Part shown: piece after piece, positions 19,533-23,881 of the stretch
How the letters are laid out: each line of letters starts with the position of its first letter
Numbering within the stretch: the first letter of the stretch is position 1
Origin: Fibrobacteria bacterium
GTDB lineage: Bacteria; Fibrobacterota; Fibrobacteria; UBA11236
DNA: 23,881 bases
Assembly: GCA_050486505.1 (NCBI GenBank)
Contig: JBJHDK010000040.1
Location: 1 to 23,881, forward strand
Direction: 5' to 3'
Notes under the pieces: generated by a model
Told to the model about the DNA's origin: nothing
Seen by the model: only the letters and a program-made list of their open reading frames with translations
Database searches by the model: none
Position numbers and translations under genes: made by a program

Positions 19533-20294
19533 TTAGTCGTCGAAGCGGTAGCCCAGGCTGGGAAGGTTCACGATTCTGGCGCCAAGCTTCGGGCCGAGCT
19601 TCCCCCGCAACGAGGAGATGTGAACCTTCACCGTATGCGAGTCGACCGGTGCCGATTCCCCGTATCCCCAGACCGTGTGGTAAAGGTGCGCCGTGTAGAC
19701 CACCGAGTTGCGCTTGCGCAACAGGGTGTTCAGCAGGTCGAACTCCTTCCGGGTCAACGCGACCGATTTGCCGTCGACCGTGACCTTGCGCGCGCGCGCA
19801 TCGAGCACGAGGCCGGCGGCGCGCTGTTCGTCGGAGAGTTCCGAGGGCTCGCAGTGACGCCGGCAGATCGCGCGCAGTTTCGCACCGAACAGCTCCGCGG
19901 TTTCGGGGCGGATCAGGCAGTCGTCCGCACCTTGCCGGAAGAGCTCGATTTGTGCGTCTTCGGACAGGGGCGAGGCCGAAACGACCACCACGGCGTTGTT
20001 CCCCGTGTACGGGTTCGACTTCACGTTTTCAATCAACCTTGACGGGCCTTGCTCCGTGACGGGCTCGATCAGGGCGGCGTCGATGAAGACAAGGTAAGGT
20101 TGCCGTGTCTTCGTCAGGGAGAGAAGGTCACGAGGGCTGGGGGTCTCGACGACGTCGCAACCGTTTCCCTCGAGAAACTCCCTGATTTCGACGGAAAATG
20201 AGGACGGTTTGACGATCAGCAAGATCGTGCGACCCGGGGACGCATGTGTCGCCGCTGCGGCCGCCTGACCATTGATGTTCGGGTTGGCATTCAC
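19533..20294 (-). CDS. OmpR/PhoB-family DNA-binding response regulator with atypical receiver; start uncertain (GTG 20294 assumed)
   Basis: Receiver-like fold (VFID, VVVVSA, GADDCLIRP); winged helix LTRKEFDLL...VWGY...TVKVHISSLRGKLG...GYRF. Confidence 0.85.
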   Translation of the reverse strand: MNANPNINGQAAAAATHASPGRTILLIVKPSSFSVEIREFLEGNGCDVVETPSPRDLLSLTKTRQPYLVFIDAALIEPVTEQGPSRLIENVKSNPYTGNNAVVVVSASPLSEDAQIELFRQGADDCLIRPETAELFGAKLRAICRRHCEPSELSDEQRAAGLVLDARARKVTVDGKSVALTRKEFDLLNTLLRKRNSVVYTAHLYHTVWGYGESAPVDSHTVKVHISSLRGKLGPKLGARIVNLPSLGYRFDD

Positions 20295-20351
20295 GCTTGA
20301 ACCTGTCTGGTTAACGAAATGGAAAGACAAAAAGGCAAGGGCGGTGTGGTT

Positions 20352-20359
20352 CAAAGATA
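20352..20359 (-). promoter_or_regulatory. Candidate TAnnTTTG-type promoter element for the response regulator
   Basis: TATCTTTG, identical to the motif upstream of tRNA-Lys. Confidence 0.4.
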
Positions 20360-20553
20360 CTCTTTGACGTTTCGCAGACCCCGGATTGCACGGTTTGATT
20401 TGCCTGATGGAACACTTTGTTACGCGACAACCGACATCTTGGGGGTTTGGCGCGAAATGAGACCTTCCTGACCTCAGGGAATGCGCGTTTCGCGCCCATG
20501 CACGGCGCGGGCCGGAAAGCTACGTTGCACTCCTGTAGACCATTCCGGAGGAT

Positions 20554-21144
20554 ATGATGCCCGCTGCCCCCAAGAAGAGCGTCAAAAAGGCAAGCCCCCC
20601 CGCCAAGAAAAACGCGAAAAAAACGCCTGCAACCGGTGCCAAGGCGATCGCCAGCGATTCCGCCATGCCGGGGGAGGGGGCGAAGGCGCCCGCGTTTCGT
20701 CTCGAGGATGACACGGGCCATGTCGTCTCCCTCAAGGACTTTGCCGGGAAAACCCTGGTCCTGTACTTCTACCCCAAGGATGCCACTCCCGGTTGCACGC
20801 AGGAGTCATGCGACTTCCGGGACAATCTGAACCGGCTCGTCGCGTCCGGCGCCGCCGTCGCCGGGGTCAGTGCGGACTCCGTGGAGAGCCACCGCAAGTT
20901 CAAGGCGAAGCATGCCTTCAACTTCCCCTTGTTGAGCGACCCTGAGCACAAGGCCCTCGCGGCATACGGCGTGTGGCAGCAAAAGAGCCTCTACGGCCGC
21001 AAGTTCATGGGCATCGTGCGCTCGACCTTCGTCATCGACGGCAAGGGCGTCGTGCGCAAGGTCTTCTCTCCCGTGAAGGTGACGGGACATGTCGATGAAG
21101 TGCTGCAGGCGGTTGCCGCCCTCGCGAAGGGAGGCAAGGCTTGA
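20554..21144 (+). CDS. bcp: Peroxiredoxin BCP/PrxQ with Lys/Ala/Pro-rich N-terminal extension
   Basis: LYFYPKDATPGCTQESCDFRD, FPLLSDP, GIVRSTFVID; GGAGG RBS. Confidence 0.94.
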   Translation: MMPAAPKKSVKKASPPAKKNAKKTPATGAKAIASDSAMPGEGAKAPAFRLEDDTGHVVSLKDFAGKTLVLYFYPKDATPGCTQESCDFRDNLNRLVASGAAVAGVSADSVESHRKFKAKHAFNFPLLSDPEHKALAAYGVWQQKSLYGRKFMGIVRSTFVIDGKGVVRKVFSPVKVTGHVDEVLQAVAALAKGGKA

Positions 21145-22397
21145 GCGCGTCCCCGGTGGAGGCGGGCGTGAAGCCCCGCAAGGTTTTGGTGCTGGGGGGC
21201 GGCTTCGCGGCCTGCCGCTTCGTTCGGGAACTCGGTGCGGTCGAGGGGGTCGAGGTGACCCTGGCGGCGCAGAGAAACCACTTTCTGTTCACGCCCCTGC
21301 TGCCGAGCACGACGGTCGGCACGCTGGAGTTTCGCAGCATCCTGTCGCCCCTCCGGAAGATGGGCAACGCGACCTTTCAGCTCCTCGAGGCGCACTCCGT
21401 GGACCGCGCCCGGCGCGTGGTCGCGGGAGTCTCGCCCATCGACGGCACGCCGATCGAGCTGGAGTACGACGATCTCGTCATCGCCGTGGGTGCGGTTCCG
21501 GGCACCTTCGGAGTGCCGGGCGTGGCCGATCACGCGCTTTTCCTCAAGGAGGTGCGCGACGCGCGCCGCATCCGCAGCCTCGTGATCGACAATCTCGAGT
21601 CGGCGTCCACCCCGGGGATCTCGAAAGAAGAGCGCATGCGCCTGCTGACCTTCGTGGTGGTGGGTGGCGGGCCGACGGGCGTGGAGTTCGCGGCCGAGCT
21701 GCACGATTTCATGATGAACGACCTCGCCGCCGTGTATCCGGGGCTGGCCACCCGCTCGCGCATCATCCTGCTCGAGGCCATGCCGCGCCTCCTCGGCGCA
21801 TTCGACCAAGCGCTTTCCGATTACACGGCACGCCGCTTCAAGCGCGTGCGCATCGACGTGCGCACCGAGGCGCGCGTGGTCAATGTGACGCACGACCGCC
21901 TCGCGCTGCACGATGGGTCCGAGATCCCCTTCGGCATGATGGTGTGGGCCACGGGCAACGCACCCACCGACTTCGTGCGGGGGCTCTCGCTGGCGAAGGA
22001 TCGCGGCGGTCGCCTGCTTACGGGCCCCGATCTGCGCGTGCAGGGCGAGGAGTCGGTGTACGCGCTGGGCGACTGCGCGGCGATCCAGGATTCGCCGCTG
22101 CCCGCCACCGGGCAGGTGGCCGAACAACAGGGGCGCTACCTGGCGAAGGCGTTCCGCGCGCGACTGAAGGGAAAGCCCGTTCCGCCCTTTGTCTACAAGC
22201 CGATGGGCATGCTGGCCTACGTGGGCGGCAACCGCGCGGTGGCCGACTTGCCGAAGGTGAAGTTCCGGGGGTTCCTCACCTTTTTGTTTTGGCGTTCGGT
22301 GTACCTGTCGAAGCTCGTCAGCTTCCGCAATCGCACGCTGGTGTTGTTCGACTGGATCAAGTCGCATGTGCTGGGGCGTGATCTGACGCGGTTTTAA
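21141..22397 (+). CDS. ndh: Type II NADH:quinone oxidoreductase (NDH-2)
   Basis: [59 protein letters not shown] start overlaps the bcp stop. Confidence 0.93.
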   Translation: MSASPVEAGVKPRKVLVLGGGFAACRFVRELGAVEGVEVTLAAQRNHFLFTPLLPSTTVGTLEFRSILSPLRKMGNATFQLLEAHSVDRARRVVAGVSPIDGTPIELEYDDLVIAVGAVPGTFGVPGVADHALFLKEVRDARRIRSLVIDNLESASTPGISKEERMRLLTFVVVGGGPTGVEFAAELHDFMMNDLAAVYPGLATRSRIILLEAMPRLLGAFDQALSDYTARRFKRVRIDVRTEARVVNVTHDRLALHDGSEIPFGMMVWATGNAPTDFVRGLSLAKDRGGRLLTGPDLRVQGEESVYALGDCAAIQDSPLPATGQVAEQQGRYLAKAFRARLKGKPVPPFVYKPMGMLAYVGGNRAVADLPKVKFRGFLTFLFWRSVYLSKLVSFRNRTLVLFDWIKSHVLGRDLTRF

Positions 22398-22399
22398 AC

Positions 22400-23881
22400 A
22401 TGCCCAACTCCCTCGCCGCCGCCGCCAGCCCGTACCTGCGCCAGCACGCGGACAACCCCGTCGACTGGATGGAATGGGGCGACGCGGCCTTCGACAAGGC
22501 GCGTCGCGAAGGCAAACTCCTCCTCGTCAGTTCGGGGTATGCCGCCTGCCACTGGTGCCATGTCATGGCCCACGAAAGTTTCGAGGATCCCGACACCGCG
22601 GAGTTGATGAACCGCCACTTCGTCTGCGTCAAGGTCGACCGCGAGGAGCGTCCCGACGTCGACCATGTTTACATCGAGGCCGTGCAGGCCATGACCGGGC
22701 GCGGTGGATGGCCGCTCAACTGCTTCGTGCTCCCCGACGGCCGCCCGGTGTACGGCGGCACCTATTTCCCGCGCGCCCAGTGGCAGGCCCTTCTCGAGAA
22801 CCTCGCGAAACTTCATCGCGAGGAACCCGCCACCGTCACGGAACAGGCGGAGAAAGTCACCGAGCGGCTGAGGCAATACGAAGCGCGTTCCGGTGGAGCA
22901 TCAAGCGGTTCCGGGCCTGGCGCGCCGGTTCCCTGGAAGGCCGTGCTCGAGAGCTTCGCCATGCGCTTCGATACGCGGCGCGGCGGCACGGGGAGCGCCC
23001 CCAAGTTCCCCATGCCCTGCGAGTGGACCTTTCTCCTGCGCGCGGGGATACGCGGGAACGACCCCGCGATCCTGAAACAGGTGCGCCTGACCCTCGACGG
23101 CATGTTGTGCGGGGGCATTCACGATCAGGTGGGGGGCGGCTTCGCGCGCTACTCCGTGGACGGGGACTGGAAGGTTCCGCACTTCGAGAAAATGCTCTAC
23201 GACAATGCCCAGCTGCTCGAGTTGTATGCCGAGGCCTTCGCGGTGTTCCGCGATCCCGCCTACCGCGAGGCCGCGCTCGGGATCGCGTCCTTCGCGGAGC
23301 GCGAACTCCTCTCGGGCCATGGCGGGTATTGCTCCGCGCTCGATGCCGACAGCGAGGGTGTCGAAGGACTATTCTACGTCTGGCCACGCACCGAGCTGCA
23401 GCGCGTGCTCGGGAAGCGCTTCGAAGCCTTCGCGGACATGTTCGGCGTGCATCCCGACGACGATGGCGGAGATGCGCACTGGGAGCATGGCCGCCATGTC
23501 TTGTTGCGACGTCGCACTCTGCCGGAGTGGGCCGCGCGCCACGGCTGGTCGGTGGACGAGGCCGCGCGCATTTGGCGCGAAGGCTGCGCCGACCTGCTGG
23601 CGGCGCGCGCGGAGCGCACGCGCCCGCAACGCGACGACAAGGTGCTCACGGGCTGGAACGGCCTCATGCTCGGCGCGCTGGCCGACGCCGCGCGGCTGTT
23701 CGACACAGCGGGCCCCTCCGAAGCGGAGGCCGGCGAAGGCGTCCCCCCGTCTCTCCTCCTCGCCCGTGCCCGGAACTGCGCGGATGTCCTGCTTGCCAAG
23801 GCGCGCCGTCCCGACGGTGGATTGTGGCGTCGCGGCTTCGAGGGAAACTTCGGAATCGACGCGTTCCTCGAGGATTACGCC
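22400..23881 (+). CDS. yyaL: Thioredoxin-domain protein YyaL/SSP411 (DUF255), 3' end outside window
   Basis: Translated by hand from ATG 22400: [23 protein letters not shown]...[18 protein letters not shown]...[11 protein letters not shown]...GGWPL...[10 protein letters not shown]...[10 protein letters not shown]...DADSEG...[13 protein letters not shown]...FLEDYA. Confidence 0.94.
   Translation, partial: MPNSLAAAASPYLRQHADNPVDWMEWGDAAFDKARREGKLLLVSSGYAACHWCHVMAHESFEDPDTAELMNRHFVCVKVDREERPDVDHVYIEAVQAMTGRGGWPLNCFVLPDGRPVYGGTYFPRAQWQALLENLAKLHREEPATVTEQAEKVTERLRQYEARSGGASSGSGPGAPVPWKAVLESFAMRFDTRRGGTGSAPKFPMPCEWTFLLRAGIRGNDPAILKQVRLTLDGMLCGGIHDQVGGGFARYSVDGDWKVPHFEKMLYDNAQLLELYAEAFAVFRDPAYREAALGIASFAERELLSGHGGYCSALDADSEGVEGLFYVWPRTELQRVLGKRFEAFADMFGVHPDDDGGDAHWEHGRHVLLRRRTLPEWAARHGWSVDEAARIWREGCADLLAARAERTRPQRDDKVLTGWNGLMLGALADAARLFDTAGPSEAEAGEGVPPSLLLARARNCADVLLAKARRPDGGLWRRGFEGNFGIDAFLEDYA

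Noticed and set aside
20417..20430. TTGTTACGCGACAA as an FNR/CRP/Rex box in the regulator-bcp intergenic region
   Set aside because: Several mismatches to each consensus; not distinguishable from chance.
23716..23730. CCTCCG-aag-CGGAGG hairpin within an apparent loop insertion of yyaL
   Set aside because: A 6-bp GC stem is expected by chance; no second copy seen in the window.

Overview
GC-rich bacterial chromosomal window of mostly housekeeping and redox genes. The lineage is probably FCB-superphylum, possibly Fibrobacterota-like; this is an inference from a PorV/PorQ-like barrel, TAnnTTTG-like promoter motifs and a YDLRGRR C-terminus. Left to right: a fused glyQS (runs off the left edge), a hypothetical lipoprotein, tpx, a minus-strand run read as mfd > PPIase lipoprotein > surA > SAM methyltransferase > ftsE, msrAB, glgX, tRNA-Lys(UUU), a PorV/PorQ-like protein, two paralogous cytochrome c lipoproteins, a secreted ORFan bracketed by a ~240-bp direct repeat of the usp 3' end, usp, an atypical OmpR-type regulator, and a bcp-ndh-yyaL operon (runs off the right edge). 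No integrase, transposase, CRISPR or defence genes were seen. The most unusual signals are non-coding. (1) Three related ~150-170 bp elements have inverted GAATTAC/GAATTAA heptamer arms and a conserved, oriented core; two supply the stop codon of the neighbouring gene. (2) A nested nonamer-based palindrome encodes the last 27 aa of Mfd. (3) A perfect REP-like hairpin lies in frame in the GlyQ-GlyS linker. (4) A single-gene insert sits between near-identical usp 3' ends whose coding differences are both synonymous. At the protein level there is a eukaryote-like NDH-2, and exported proteins are enriched for the D-[ST]-[AILMTV] motif.
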